36,605 nucleotides of DNA, from NCBI GenBank assembly GCA_947589205.1, contig CANQCJ010000001.1:1-36605 (forward strand). The letters run 5' to 3'. This document shows, in pieces, positions 27,116-36,347 of the stretch. Below the pieces are notes generated by a model that saw nothing but the letters and a program-made list of their open reading frames with translations, was not told where the DNA came from and ran no database searches. The stretch's first letter is position 1. Each line of letters begins with the position of its first letter. A program made the position numbers and the translations under genes. The stretch comes from an uncultured Ruminococcus sp. Lineage in GTDB: Bacteria; Bacillota; Clostridia; Oscillospirales; Ruminococcaceae.

Positions 27116-28152
27116 CAGAACATTTTCCTTTCAAAATCTATTTCGATCGGCAGCTCGCAAGCCGCCACCGTTACGCCGCGCCCGACAGATTTTTTTACTA
27201 TCGGCGAAGTGCCGCTAAAAAACGCTGCACTGCGTTCGCAAACGTTATCGCAGCCGGTTTGTTTGAGCACAAATTGCGATGACGAGAACTCGCCGTCGAC
27301 GGTCATTAACTGCTCGGCTGAATAAAAATGACGCTCCAGCGAATATTTTTCGCAAAATTCGATCAGACCGGGTTCTGACGATTTGATGTCAATCGAGGTC
27401 ACTGCGAAAATTCTTTCGGGATCTATACCGTTTTTCATGAATATTTCGTGAACAAATTGTTCGATTTCAGCGGCGGTTACGCCTTTTTTACAGCCGATTC
27501 CAACAACGATATTTTTTGGTATAAGCGTCAGTGTGACCGAAAACGGTTTCGTGCTTTTGTCGGCGGTTATACAAATTCCTGTTCGGCAGCGTTCTGTCGC
27601 GGAAAGCTCCGAGGGAAGGGCACTATAGGGATAATCGCTTTTGAAACCGATTTTTTCTCCGTCAAGCACCGCAGCCGCAATCGTTTTCGCTGCCGCAAGA
27701 TCTGTAATTATAAGGGAATTTGCTTTTGCAAAACTGTCTGGCGAAAACCTTTTGCCGATGTCTGTAGCCGTGGTAATTACAGGTACTGCGCCCAATTTTT
27801 CTGCAATTATTTCCGCAAAACGGTTCGCCCCGCCGAGGTGTCCGGATAGTAATGGAATCACATATTTTCCGCGCTCATCTATTGTTATGACAGCCGGGTC
27901 GGTCGTTTTGGAAACGACAAACGGTGCAATGCTGCGCACCGCTATACCCGCCGCAGTTACGAAAACGATTGCGTCAAATTTTTGAAAAATTTCCTTTGTC
28001 AGCGCGTTGATGTTTTCAAACGTTTTCGCTTGCTCGTCCGATCTGCGGTAAAAGCAAAACCGTTCGATCTCAAAGCGTTCGCCAAGCTCACCGCTGAGCT
28101 TTTCCGTCAGCCTCCGACCGTTTTCGGTCAGGCTTATCAACGCCGCCCTCAT
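27115..28152 (-). CDS. cbiG: Cobalt-precorrin-5A hydrolase
   Basis: GIAVRSIAP, DPAV, LLSGHLGGAN, VITTATD, GIGCKKG and VCERSA motifs. Confidence 0.92.
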   Translation of the reverse strand: MRAALISLTENGRRLTEKLSGELGERFEIERFCFYRRSDEQAKTFENINALTKEIFQKFDAIVFVTAAGIAVRSIAPFVVSKTTDPAVITIDERGKYVIPLLSGHLGGANRFAEIIAEKLGAVPVITTATDIGKRFSPDSFAKANSLIITDLAAAKTIAAAVLDGEKIGFKSDYPYSALPSELSATERCRTGICITADKSTKPFSVTLTLIPKNIVVGIGCKKGVTAAEIEQFVHEIFMKNGIDPERIFAVTSIDIKSSEPGLIEFCEKYSLERHFYSAEQLMTVDGEFSSSQFVLKQTGCDNVCERSAAFFSGTSPIVKKSVGRGVTVAACELPIEIDFERKMF

Positions 28153-28904
28153 GGCTCACCCTTGCGGAAACCCGTTGAAAATCCACGGTCATAGAGCTTC
28201 GAGAGTTCGTGATCCTCGCCGAGACAGCCGCCCACAACGATCAGCGCGGTTTTCGTTATCCCCTTTTCCCGCGCCCGAGCGTGCAGCTCTGACAGCGGAC
28301 ACCTTATTACAATTTCGTCCGCCCAACTCGCTTTGTAAACGACTGCGGCAGGCGTTTCGGGCGCGTAACCCCCCGCCATCAGCCGCTCTGTCAGCTCGCC
28401 GATCATTCCCGCGCTCAAAAAAATTACCATCGTTGCGCCGTGGACGGCGAGAGCCTCGATTTTTTCACGCTTGGGAACCGGCGTTTTGCCTGCCATTCGC
28501 GTGATTATCACCGTCTGCGAGACGCCGGGGAGGGTGTATTCGGTTTTCAACGCGGCTGCCGCGCCGCTCATTGAGCTTACTCCGGGACAAATATTGTATT
28601 TGATCCCAAGTTTATCCAACCTGTCAAACTGCTCCCGTACAGCTCCGTACAGCGACGGATCGCCGGTGTGCAATCTAACGGTATTTTTTCCCAGAAGCTC
28701 GGCTTTGTTTATGGCATCTATTACCTCATCGAGCGTCATGTACGCGCTGTCGAGCAGCTCGCATTCCGGTTTTGTGAACCTAAGAAGCTTTTTGTTGATG
28801 AGTGAGCCGGTATATATTACCAAATCAGCGTTTTCCAGCAGCCGCTTGCCGCGCAGCGTCAGCAGATCCGGCGCGCCGCAGCCCGCACCGACAAAATCAA
28901 CCAT
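28149..28904 (-). CDS. cbiF: Precorrin-4 C11-methyltransferase
   Basis: FVGAGCGAPDLLT, RLHTGDPSLYGA, PGVSS and SKLYD motifs. Confidence 0.94.
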   Translation of the reverse strand: MVDFVGAGCGAPDLLTLRGKRLLENADLVIYTGSLINKKLLRFTKPECELLDSAYMTLDEVIDAINKAELLGKNTVRLHTGDPSLYGAVREQFDRLDKLGIKYNICPGVSSMSGAAAALKTEYTLPGVSQTVIITRMAGKTPVPKREKIEALAVHGATMVIFLSAGMIGELTERLMAGGYAPETPAAVVYKASWADEIVIRCPLSELHARAREKGITKTALIVVGGCLGEDHELSKLYDRGFSTGFRKGEP

Positions 28905-28921
28905 TTTTCCTCCTGTATAAC

Positions 28922-28950
28922 AAAAGCTGCCGGCATAAAACCGGCAGCCT
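28922..28950 (-). terminator. Terminator after the NPXTG surface protein gene
   Basis: Minus strand AGGCUGCCGG-UUUUAUG-CCGGCAGCUUUU. Confidence 0.7.
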
Positions 28951-28985
28951 TGAAGCCTAATATCAGTTCGGTATTTTATTTCCGA

Positions 28986-31283
28986 TTAGTCCTTCTTCTT
29001 AGAAACTACCATCGCAGCTCCGGCAAGTACGAGACCGATTGCGCCGAGTGCCGCAGCAGCTCCGGTCGCAGGGTTAGCGTTAGACGCGCCGCTCGCAGCG
29101 GAAGAAGCAGCAGCCTTGCTCGAGCTTGAAGAAGCAGCAGAGCTTGAGCCGGAGGCTGTAGAATCAGTCTTGCTCTCAGAATCTGTCTTGCTGGCGTCGG
29201 TATCGTCTGCGCTGTCGTCGGGCTTAGAAGAATCGTCCGGCTTGTCATCGGGAGGAGTTACAGGCTCATCGTTGTAAACGAGGTCTACAGAGGTAACAAC
29301 GATGTTGTAACCGCCGATAGACAGACCCTCATCGCCTATAAGGCTCCACTCGTGGAATACGCCGTCATCATCGGTAGCGTCCATAAGTGCAACTTCAACG
29401 GTCTTGTCAACGCCGTAAGCGTTTCCTTCATCGTCATAAGCGATGTTGTCCTCTCCGCCGTAGTAGAGACCAAAGAGGTAAGAAACTTCCTCACCGTCGG
29501 GGGTCTTTCCGTCATAGAAGGTGTCTACCTGTCCGTTGTGGAGGTGGATAAATGTGTTCCAAGTATCGCCGGTGTTGCCCTCAACGTCAAGATGATAGGT
29601 AACTACGAGCTTCTTAGAGCCGTCCCAAGCGTAATCGTCAAGTCCGAGATCCTCTGCGGGAATGTAGAGAACGTTCTCTCTTGCGCCGGTAGAAAGCGTG
29701 TTGCTCCAGATGTTGTCGGTAACTACATCATCGCCCGGCTCTTCGCCCTCTCCCTTAGAAAGCGTAACGCCTGTTACTTTGAGGTTGGTGGTTATTTCAT
29801 TGGTCCAATCCTGGAGCCATACCTGTGCATATTCGCTGTCAGCAGTGAATACTCCGGACATATCATAAGTAAGCTGATACTTTCCGTCAGCGACCTTTAC
29901 GAGAGTGTAGGGCTTAACGCCTTCCTGGCAGCTCCACTCATTCTGGTTCCAACCCTTACCGACATCGTTAGTTCCAACGCCGCCGGCTACCCAGTTTTCT
30001 CCGGCAACGCCGGCATCAAATGCAGCATCGTCCATTTCGATATCGAATACCGCAGTTGTGAAGCCTAAAACATCGTTGATATCCTGGAAGTAACCGATCT
30101 TGTTTCCGTCCTTGTCCTCAACATAAAGCTGAGCGCTGAAGAGCTTCGGGTTGTCAGCATTGCTGATGTACTCCGCAGGAATGGTTACAGTGTCGCCGAT
30201 CTCGGGAGTATCGCCGCTGTCGGGAGTTGAAGAATCATCAGGTGTCGAAGAATCGTCGGTAGCAGAAGAATCCTCGGTGCTGCTGTCGTCTCCGGGAGCT
30301 GCGGGTGTGCCCTTCTTTACGGTAACGAGGGTCTCGCCGTCTTTTCCGAGGACCTCAACGCTGTTTACAGTGTACTCGGTCTCGTTGTAAACCTGGAGCC
30401 AAAGCTGTGCATATGTATCGCTCTCAGCGAAAGCGGGATCTGTGCCGAGGAGAGTGATGTCAAATGAACCGTCCTCTTTCTTAACGGCTGTGATAGGCTT
30501 GTCAGTGCCCTCCTGCGGTGTCCACTCGGTAGCAGCCCAGCCGGTAGATTCGGAGTTGTATCCGACTCCGCCGCCTACCCAGTCGCCGGCAGCATACTTG
30601 TCAGCAAGCGCGCCGTTAAAGGTAACGTTGAACTTAGCTCCGTAAACGTCGGTATATGCAACATCGGTAATGCCGTTGTCAGCAAAAATTCCGGCTTCGC
30701 CCTTAGCCTCGTCGCCCTTGAGGACAACGGTAGCGGGGTTCTCTACGTTTACGGTCTTGTCAGCGGGAGCATCGGGAGTGGTGTCTCCGCCGGAAGCCTT
30801 GTCAACGATCTTTACGTTATCAAAAATTATGGAATTTCCAACGCTCATCAGGTAGTAACCGGGATCTCCGGCAGCCTTTCCGTCAGCAAGCGAATACTCC
30901 CAAACGCCGCCCTCGGGAATGGTATATTCGTTCTCGGTCAAAGTAGTCCACTTGTCGTCCATCTTGCAGAGCTGGAAGGTATCAGCGGTATCAGCGTCGG
31001 CGGCATCGGAATAATGCGCGGTAACAACGAGATACGGATCCTCTACCTTAGACCAGTCGATATCGGCAAGCTGGATCTGCCAAGCCTGATAGCTTACGTT
31101 TTCGGTATTGCCGAGAATGTCGTTCTTTACGATCTCAACATCGTTAGCCTGACCCTTAACAGCACCGTTAGGATAGTTAAGCTCGAGAACTACGTTGTCG
31201 TCAGCGGATACGCCGACCATGGCAGCCATAGAACCAAGTATAGCAGCAGCTGAAAGTCCGGCTAAAATCTTAGTTGCCTTCAT
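28986..31283 (-). CDS. Secreted multi-domain cell-wall-anchored protein (NPXTG sorting signal)
   Basis: Signal peptide MKATKILAGL...VSA; Asp/Ser/Thr/Pro linkers; two homologous Trp-rich domains; C-terminal NPATG + hydrophobic helix + KKKD. Start ATG 31283 behind GGAGGA. Confidence 0.88.
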   Translation of the reverse strand: MKATKILAGLSAAAILGSMAAMVGVSADDNVVLELNYPNGAVKGQANDVEIVKNDILGNTENVSYQAWQIQLADIDWSKVEDPYLVVTAHYSDAADADTADTFQLCKMDDKWTTLTENEYTIPEGGVWEYSLADGKAAGDPGYYLMSVGNSIIFDNVKIVDKASGGDTTPDAPADKTVNVENPATVVLKGDEAKGEAGIFADNGITDVAYTDVYGAKFNVTFNGALADKYAAGDWVGGGVGYNSESTGWAATEWTPQEGTDKPITAVKKEDGSFDITLLGTDPAFAESDTYAQLWLQVYNETEYTVNSVEVLGKDGETLVTVKKGTPAAPGDDSSTEDSSATDDSSTPDDSSTPDSGDTPEIGDTVTIPAEYISNADNPKLFSAQLYVEDKDGNKIGYFQDINDVLGFTTAVFDIEMDDAAFDAGVAGENWVAGGVGTNDVGKGWNQNEWSCQEGVKPYTLVKVADGKYQLTYDMSGVFTADSEYAQVWLQDWTNEITTNLKVTGVTLSKGEGEEPGDDVVTDNIWSNTLSTGARENVLYIPAEDLGLDDYAWDGSKKLVVTYHLDVEGNTGDTWNTFIHLHNGQVDTFYDGKTPDGEEVSYLFGLYYGGEDNIAYDDEGNAYGVDKTVEVALMDATDDDGVFHEWSLIGDEGLSIGGYNIVVTSVDLVYNDEPVTPPDDKPDDSSKPDDSADDTDASKTDSESKTDSTASGSSSAASSSSSKAAASSAASGASNANPATGAAAALGAIGLVLAGAAMVVSKKKD

Positions 31284-31376
31284 TTTTAATTCCTCCAATT
31301 ATCAAAATTTTTCCAAGTGTATGTAATTTGAGCGGGGCGAATAAGCCCACTTTATGCCCATATTAATTATGATAAC

Positions 31377-31405
31377 ATTATATCACAAGTTTTTCAACTT
31401 TTCAA
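31377..31405 (-). promoter_or_regulatory. sigma-A promoter of the surface protein gene
   Basis: Minus strand TTGAAA-17bp-TATAAT with extended -10 TG. Confidence 0.7.
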
Positions 31406-31464
31406 TAGTTATTTTACACAAACAAATATAAATTTAACAGTGCATTTTCCACAAATTAATATAA

Positions 31465-32187
31465 TTATCCCGCCTGCCCGGCATTTTCGGGCAATTCTCT
31501 GTATGCTTTTACCAATTTATCCTCTTCATCGCTCAGGCTGTACCTGCCCTCGTTCCCGAGTGACGGGCTGCTCATTCGTTCGGCTTTAAGGCGCAGGATC
31601 TCGCCGCCGCAGACGCAGATTATATAGTAATCGTCGCCCTCGCAGACGATGTGATAAGGCGATATGACGATCTTTTCGCCCTTTTTGCGGTCGTTTTCAT
31701 CGCTGTAGATCATCTCGACCTCTCTGTCGTTAGCGATAGCTTCACTGATAACGTCCACAACGCCGAACACCCCGTCGTTGGAGGATTTCGTACGGTTAGC
31801 CACATAGATAGTCCGTTTAAGCCCCGCCGCCTTGTGCTCGCTCGTAAGCGTCTGAAGCTTTCTGATAAGCTCGTTAGCTCTTTTTATCGTAAGATATTTC
31901 GATGAGGCGCACATATTTGCAAGAATTTTAAGCTCCTCATCGTCAAAAAGTCTCTGCGCCTTGTAGTAGGCGTTCGAGTGACCTCTTTTTGTCGTTTCTA
32001 TCCCGAGACCGGCGTCGCAAAGCGTAGCTATATCGTCATAGATCGTTTTTCTTTCCGCCTTTATATCCATATTTTTCAATATTTCAATAAGCTGATTACC
32101 CGTTATCGGATGATCTATATCCGTCTGCCGGTCAAACATCTGCTCCATTATAAGAAGCTTCTGTTTCTGTTTTGATACTCCTGCCAA
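31465..32187 (-). CDS. wHTH-WYL domain transcriptional regulator (short form)
   Basis: ERKTIYDDIATL HTH, FDDEELKIL, LIRKLQTL, and ISPYHIV...YYII...LKAERM WYL-like segment; TTG start behind GGGAGG. Confidence 0.82.
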   Translation of the reverse strand: MAGVSKQKQKLLIMEQMFDRQTDIDHPITGNQLIEILKNMDIKAERKTIYDDIATLCDAGLGIETTKRGHSNAYYKAQRLFDDEELKILANMCASSKYLTIKRANELIRKLQTLTSEHKAAGLKRTIYVANRTKSSNDGVFGVVDVISEAIANDREVEMIYSDENDRKKGEKIVISPYHIVCEGDDYYIICVCGGEILRLKAERMSSPSLGNEGRYSLSDEEDKLVKAYRELPENAGQAG

Positions 32188-32217
32188 AACAAAAAAACCT
32201 CCCTGCTCGGTAGCTTT

Positions 32218-32424
32218 TCAGCCCTTCCCCTTGCCGACTCTTTTAACAGAGCCGTCGGGCGAAACGATCACCGTGCTTTCAAGAGAAGCGCGAAGCGAGC
32301 CGGTAACGGCTGCGCGGTATTCGTTCCTCAACGCTTCCCTTTCCGCCTTTTCCTCATCGGTCAATTCTCTTTCGCGGGAAACGGCGGTAAGCTCGGATAA
32401 TCTTTTAAGCTTTCTGCTCTCCAT
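32218..32424 (-). CDS. DUF896 (YnzC-like) protein
   Basis: RLSEL...LTDEEKAEREALRNEY...IVSPDG pattern; SD AAGGAG. Confidence 0.88.
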   Translation of the reverse strand: MESRKLKRLSELTAVSRERELTDEEKAEREALRNEYRAAVTGSLRASLESTVIVSPDGSVKRVGKGKG

Positions 32425-32831
32425 AAATTTTTACTCCTTAATGAACGTAATTTCGGGCATAAAAATACCCGTACCATACGCTCCAAAAAAGTCCCCGCAT
32501 TATATTCAAAACGCTTTCAAACCGGACGGCTCTCCGTATCGGCAATTTATAACGCCGAAACCGTCCAAGCATTAAGAACAAGCGGCACGCCTTACACAAC
32601 AGCGCGTTAGAGATCGAAGATCAGATGTGAGATCTAAGGTGTGCGTCTGCGGCGCATTTTTATAGTTTATCCGCCGTGCGCGAGCCTTACTTCAAAATCC
32701 TATTATCTGACCTCATTCACCGTTCGCTTTGCAAGTATAATTTTTGGACTTTTATGATTTTTCTCTTTTATAGATATATGTTTTTTTAAAGTAAAGTCCA
32801 AAAATACCCCCGCGTAGCTTTGGTGTAATAT

Positions 32832-32860
32832 ATTATAACATACTTTTTATTCCTTTGCAA
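32832..32860 (-). promoter_or_regulatory. sigma-A promoter about 400 bp upstream of DUF896
   Basis: Minus strand TTGCAA-17bp-TATAAT with extended -10 TG. Confidence 0.65.
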
Positions 32861-32936
32861 GGTTAATTTTGCACAAAGTGTCCGATTATTTTCCCTCAAT
32901 TTACACAAAAATGTACCGTTCGCCGCCATTTTTGCC

Positions 32937-33059
32937 GAACATTTGTACTTTTTACTAAACGAGCAAACATTTGTTTGTATAGTATTCACAAACTTTTGTT
33001 CGCCCTCTTGACGAAAGCGATTTTTGAGATTATAATAATAATTAGAAGAACACACGTTC
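32937..33059 (+). promoter_or_regulatory. Cluster of LexA (GAAC-N4-GTTC) boxes around a sigma-A promoter
   Basis: GAACACACGTTC (33048, perfect), AAACTTTTGTTC (32990), AAACATTTGTTT (32965) and GAACATTTGTAC (32937); promoter TTGACG(33008)-17bp-TATAAT(33031). Confidence 0.75.
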
Positions 33060-33098
33060 TTTGAAAACAAAATCTTTAATTGACGAAAGGAAACTGCC

Positions 33099-33398
33099 AT
33101 GGAAAAAAACGAAAGAAACGAAAGCTTAAAAAGCATAGCCGCGCTTGCCGACGAGTATTACACGACAGCGTCGCGGCTGGAAGCGCGCATAGCGGAGCTT
33201 AAGAAGCAGATGTCGGCTCACCCCGCCCCGGACGAGCTTAATTCTCTCAGACGCCGCCGCGAGCTGCTTATGACCGAACGGCGCGAGCTTATCTATACCG
33301 CCTGCGAGCTGTCGCGTCTCGCCGCGCCCAAACCGCCCACCCCCAGTCTTGCAAGGCGACAGTCACAAGACGCTTCCGCTCGGAGGTGCGGCTTATGA
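33099..33398 (+). CDS. Hypothetical helical/coiled-coil protein, 99 aa
   Basis: SD GAAAGGA; heptad-like stretches (LEARIAELKKQM); ATGA overlap with the next gene. Confidence 0.7.
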   Translation: MEKNERNESLKSIAALADEYYTTASRLEARIAELKKQMSAHPAPDELNSLRRRRELLMTERRELIYTACELSRLAAPKPPTPSLARRQSQDASARRCGL

Positions 33399-33628
33399 AT
33401 TGCAGCAGGAGAGATTTTGAAAAAAACAGCGCGCTTATGAAAAAATTGATCGAAAAACAATTGACCGAACGGCAAAAATGTTATATAATAATGTATTATA
33501 GAGACCAAGCGACCATGAGAGATATCGCCGCAAGGTACGGCGTAAATCCCTCGACCGTCAGCCGCACGATAAAGCGCGGCAGACAAAGGCTCGCCAACAC
33601 GCTTAGTCTCATCACCGGAGGTCAGTAG
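33395..33628 (+). CDS. Sigma-70 region 4-like HTH protein, 77 aa
   Basis: LTERQK...MYY...TMRDIAARYGVNPSTVSRTIKRGRQRL; SD GGAGGTG before ATG 33395. Confidence 0.82.
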   Translation: MNCSRRDFEKNSALMKKLIEKQLTERQKCYIIMYYRDQATMRDIAARYGVNPSTVSRTIKRGRQRLANTLSLITGGQ

Positions 33629-33633
33629 ATTTT

Positions 33634-34959
33634 ATGGATATACAACGCTTTGTAAACGAATATGCCGAGAGCAATATATCGAGATTCCATATGCCCGGGC
33701 ACAAGGGACGGCTTATCTGCGGCGCGGAGGGCTTCGATATTACGGAAATTTGCGGCGCGGACAGCCTATATGATGCCGACGGCATTATCGCGCAAAGCGA
33801 AAACAAATGCGCCGAAGCATTCGGCTCCGCCAAGACCTGCTACGGCGCGGAGGGCTCCAGCCAGACGATAAAAGCCGCGCTGCTCATGCTAAGGCGGTTT
33901 TTCGGCAGGGATATAAAGCTGCTCTCCTCGAGAAGCTGTCACCGCGCGTTCCTTGACGGCTGTATGCTTATCGGCGCAGACCCGATATGGCTCGGCTGCG
34001 AACGTGATATGCTCTGCAAAAGCGATGTGACCCCCCTTGACATCGAGACCGCCCTTGAAAGGGAGCGCATCGACGCGGTGTACATAACCTCGCCGGATTA
34101 TTACGGAACGCTTGCCGATATAAGGGCTATAGCCGATATCTGCCATGCTCACAAGGCTTTGCTGATAGTCGACAACGCTCACGGGGCTTATCTGAAATTT
34201 GCCCCGGGGCGTTCCCACCCGATAGATAACGGAGCGGATATAGTCTGCGATTCGGCGCACAAAACTCTCCCGGTGTACACCGGAGGAGCGTACCTGCATA
34301 TCTCAAATACCGCCCCTGCGGAGCTTATCCCCCTTGCAAAGCCCTGCATGGCGGCGGTCGGCTCGTCAAGTCCGTCCTACCTGATACTCGCTTCGCTCGA
34401 CAGCTGCACCGATATGCTCTATAACGGCTTGCCGAAAAAAATTTCGGCTTGCTGTGAACGCGTCGGCAGGATAAAAGAGCTTATCAAACGGCGCGGACTA
34501 AGCGATATATCCTCCGAACCGCTCAAAATCACCCTCGGCTGTGCCGAAGCAGGTTACAGCGGCGTGCAGGCCGCAGAGCTTATGCGGCAAAACAAAATGG
34601 AGTGCGAATACGCGGACGTTCGGGCGGTGGTGCTTATGATATCGCCGTTTAACGATGAGGAGGACCTTGTACGTCTGGAAAAATTTATCCAAAGCTTTGA
34701 GATAAAAGAGAGCATCGTTAAAGCTCTGCCGAAGCTGCCGAAAGCGCTGCCTAAAGCGATGCCGCTCAGAGAAGCCATGCTCGCTTCAAGCGAAAGCGTT
34801 TTGACAGAAGCCGCCGAGGGGAGGATCTGCGCCCGCCCCGCGCTGAGCTGTCAGCCGTCGGTCGCTGTTGCAATGCCCGGAGAGGTGATAACTCATGAGT
34901 GTATCGCCGCGCTCAAGGGCTTGGGGATAGAAAGAATAGAAGCTGTAAAAAAAATTTAG
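33634..34959 (+). CDS. Orn/Lys/Arg decarboxylase family PLP enzyme (YaaO-like)
   Basis: FHMPGHKG, DITEI, TSPDYYG, VDNAHGA, SAHKTLP and SSSPSY motifs. Confidence 0.9.
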   Translation: MDIQRFVNEYAESNISRFHMPGHKGRLICGAEGFDITEICGADSLYDADGIIAQSENKCAEAFGSAKTCYGAEGSSQTIKAALLMLRRFFGRDIKLLSSRSCHRAFLDGCMLIGADPIWLGCERDMLCKSDVTPLDIETALERERIDAVYITSPDYYGTLADIRAIADICHAHKALLIVDNAHGAYLKFAPGRSHPIDNGADIVCDSAHKTLPVYTGGAYLHISNTAPAELIPLAKPCMAAVGSSSPSYLILASLDSCTDMLYNGLPKKISACCERVGRIKELIKRRGLSDISSEPLKITLGCAEAGYSGVQAAELMRQNKMECEYADVRAVVLMISPFNDEEDLVRLEKFIQSFEIKESIVKALPKLPKALPKAMPLREAMLASSESVLTEAAEGRICARPALSCQPSVAVAMPGEVITHECIAALKGLGIERIEAVKKI

Positions 34960-35039
34960 TCAAAGCTATAGCTTTTTTATTATTTTCGTGTTATAATAGT
35001 ATAGGACAATAAAAAAATTTCCGACAAAGGAGAATATAA

Positions 35040-35366
35040 ATGAAACTTGTTTATGCTATAGTCAATAACGACGACAATTACGCCGTTTCAAAAGGGCTGC
35101 TCAAAAAGGGTATTCGCGCGACCAAGCTTGCGTCTACCGGAGGATTTCTTTCGGCGGGGAATACTACCTTTATGATCTGCTGCCGCGACTGCGAGGTCGA
35201 TACCGTTATCGAGACCTGCCGCGAGCATTCGAGGAGGAGAAAGCAGTACGTTCCCTCCTCGGCTATATTGGAAAACACCGGCGCGGAGCAGGCTTACCCG
35301 GTCGAAATAACTATCGGCGGCGCGACTATTTTCGTCACCGATATAGAGCGTTTTGAACAGGTATGA
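35040..35366 (+). CDS. darA: Cyclic-di-AMP receptor, PII-like (DarA/PstA/YaaQ)
   Basis: MKLVYAIV, TKLASTGGFLSAGNTT and GGATIFV motifs. Confidence 0.92.
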   Translation: MKLVYAIVNNDDNYAVSKGLLKKGIRATKLASTGGFLSAGNTTFMICCRDCEVDTVIETCREHSRRRKQYVPSSAILENTGAEQAYPVEITIGGATIFVTDIERFEQV

Positions 35367-36340
35367 AACGCATCGGCGTAAATCAAGAGGCTCTTAATAT
35401 CGTGCGTTCGCTTGCCGAAAAAGGGCGCGAACCGCATTCGATGCTTATTTGCGGCGAACGCGGCAGCGGCAAGAAAACGCTCGCTAAGGATATCGCAAAA
35501 ATTTTGCTTTGCGAAAACGGCTGCGGCGTCGGCTGCGATGAATGTCGGGTATGCCGTCTTATAGAAAAGGATTCCTTCCCCGACGTTATGACTTTGCAGG
35601 CTCCCGAGACGGGGAATATCAAGGTCGATGAGATCCGCGCGATAGTTTCTCAGGCTTCGCAGACGCCGACAGAGGGACGGTTTCGGGTTTTCATATTAGC
35701 CGACCTTGACCGCTCGGTGCAGACGCTGATACAAATACAGAATATCCTGCTAAAGCTGATAGAAGAACCCCCCGCTCACGCCGTTATAATTCTCACCGCC
35801 CGCTCAAAGGAGCTTTTTCTCGATACCGTCGTCTCGCGAACGCTTCAGCTCAGCGCCGAAGAACCGACCCCAACGCAGACCGCCGCCTTTTTGATAGAGA
35901 GCGGCTTTGAGCGAATGGACGCCGAGCAAGCCGTCTGCCGCTGCGGCGGGAATATCGGCAGGTGTCTTGAATACTTAAACGACAAGCAGATAAGAGAAAA
36001 CGCCGAGAGCGCGCTCAAAGCGATGCAGGCTCTTGCAAATTCAAACGAGCTGGAGCTTTTAAAAGAGCTTACACTGATAACGGGAAAGAAAAACGGCTTT
36101 ATCAATACTATGGGCTTTATTCAAAGGATCGTGTACGACGCGCAGAGGATACGTGCCGGACTGCCGGTGAATTATCCCTTTTCCCAAAAGCTTTGTCAAA
36201 GGATAGGCGAAAAATTCAATGAAATAAGGCTTGTTGAAATATATGAGACGGCGGGCGAATATTCAAAGCGCGCGGCGGTGAGCTGTCAGCTCATGCCGCT
36301 TGAAAACGCGCTCGCAGCTCAACTTTTTGACCGGAGGTAA
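35363..36340 (+). CDS. holB: DNA polymerase III delta' subunit
   Basis: GERGSGK, zinc cysteines (C..GCDECRVC), IKVDEIR, QNILLKLIEEPP, TVVSR; lies between darA and yaaT. Confidence 0.85.
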   Translation: MKRIGVNQEALNIVRSLAEKGREPHSMLICGERGSGKKTLAKDIAKILLCENGCGVGCDECRVCRLIEKDSFPDVMTLQAPETGNIKVDEIRAIVSQASQTPTEGRFRVFILADLDRSVQTLIQIQNILLKLIEEPPAHAVIILTARSKELFLDTVVSRTLQLSAEEPTPTQTAAFLIESGFERMDAEQAVCRCGGNIGRCLEYLNDKQIRENAESALKAMQALANSNELELLKELTLITGKKNGFINTMGFIQRIVYDAQRIRAGLPVNYPFSQKLCQRIGEKFNEIRLVEIYETAGEYSKRAAVSCQLMPLENALAAQLFDRR

Positions 36341-36347
36341 TTAAAAA

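Noticed and set aside
7123-28904. A unified fucose-propanediol-B12 pathway island
   Set aside because: No diol dehydratase or microcompartment genes, and the clusters are separated by unrelated transcription units.
28905-28985. Cobalamin riboswitch upstream of cbiF
   Set aside because: The gap is 81 bp and shows no B12-box-like sequence.
32430-32825. tmRNA, RNase P, SRP or T-box identity for the structured region
   Set aside because: I could not find their hallmark motifs by eye; left as an unknown RNA.
32786-33136. 116-aa minus-strand ORF
   Set aside because: It spans the AT-rich promoter and LexA-box region and overlaps the better-supported plus-strand gene start.
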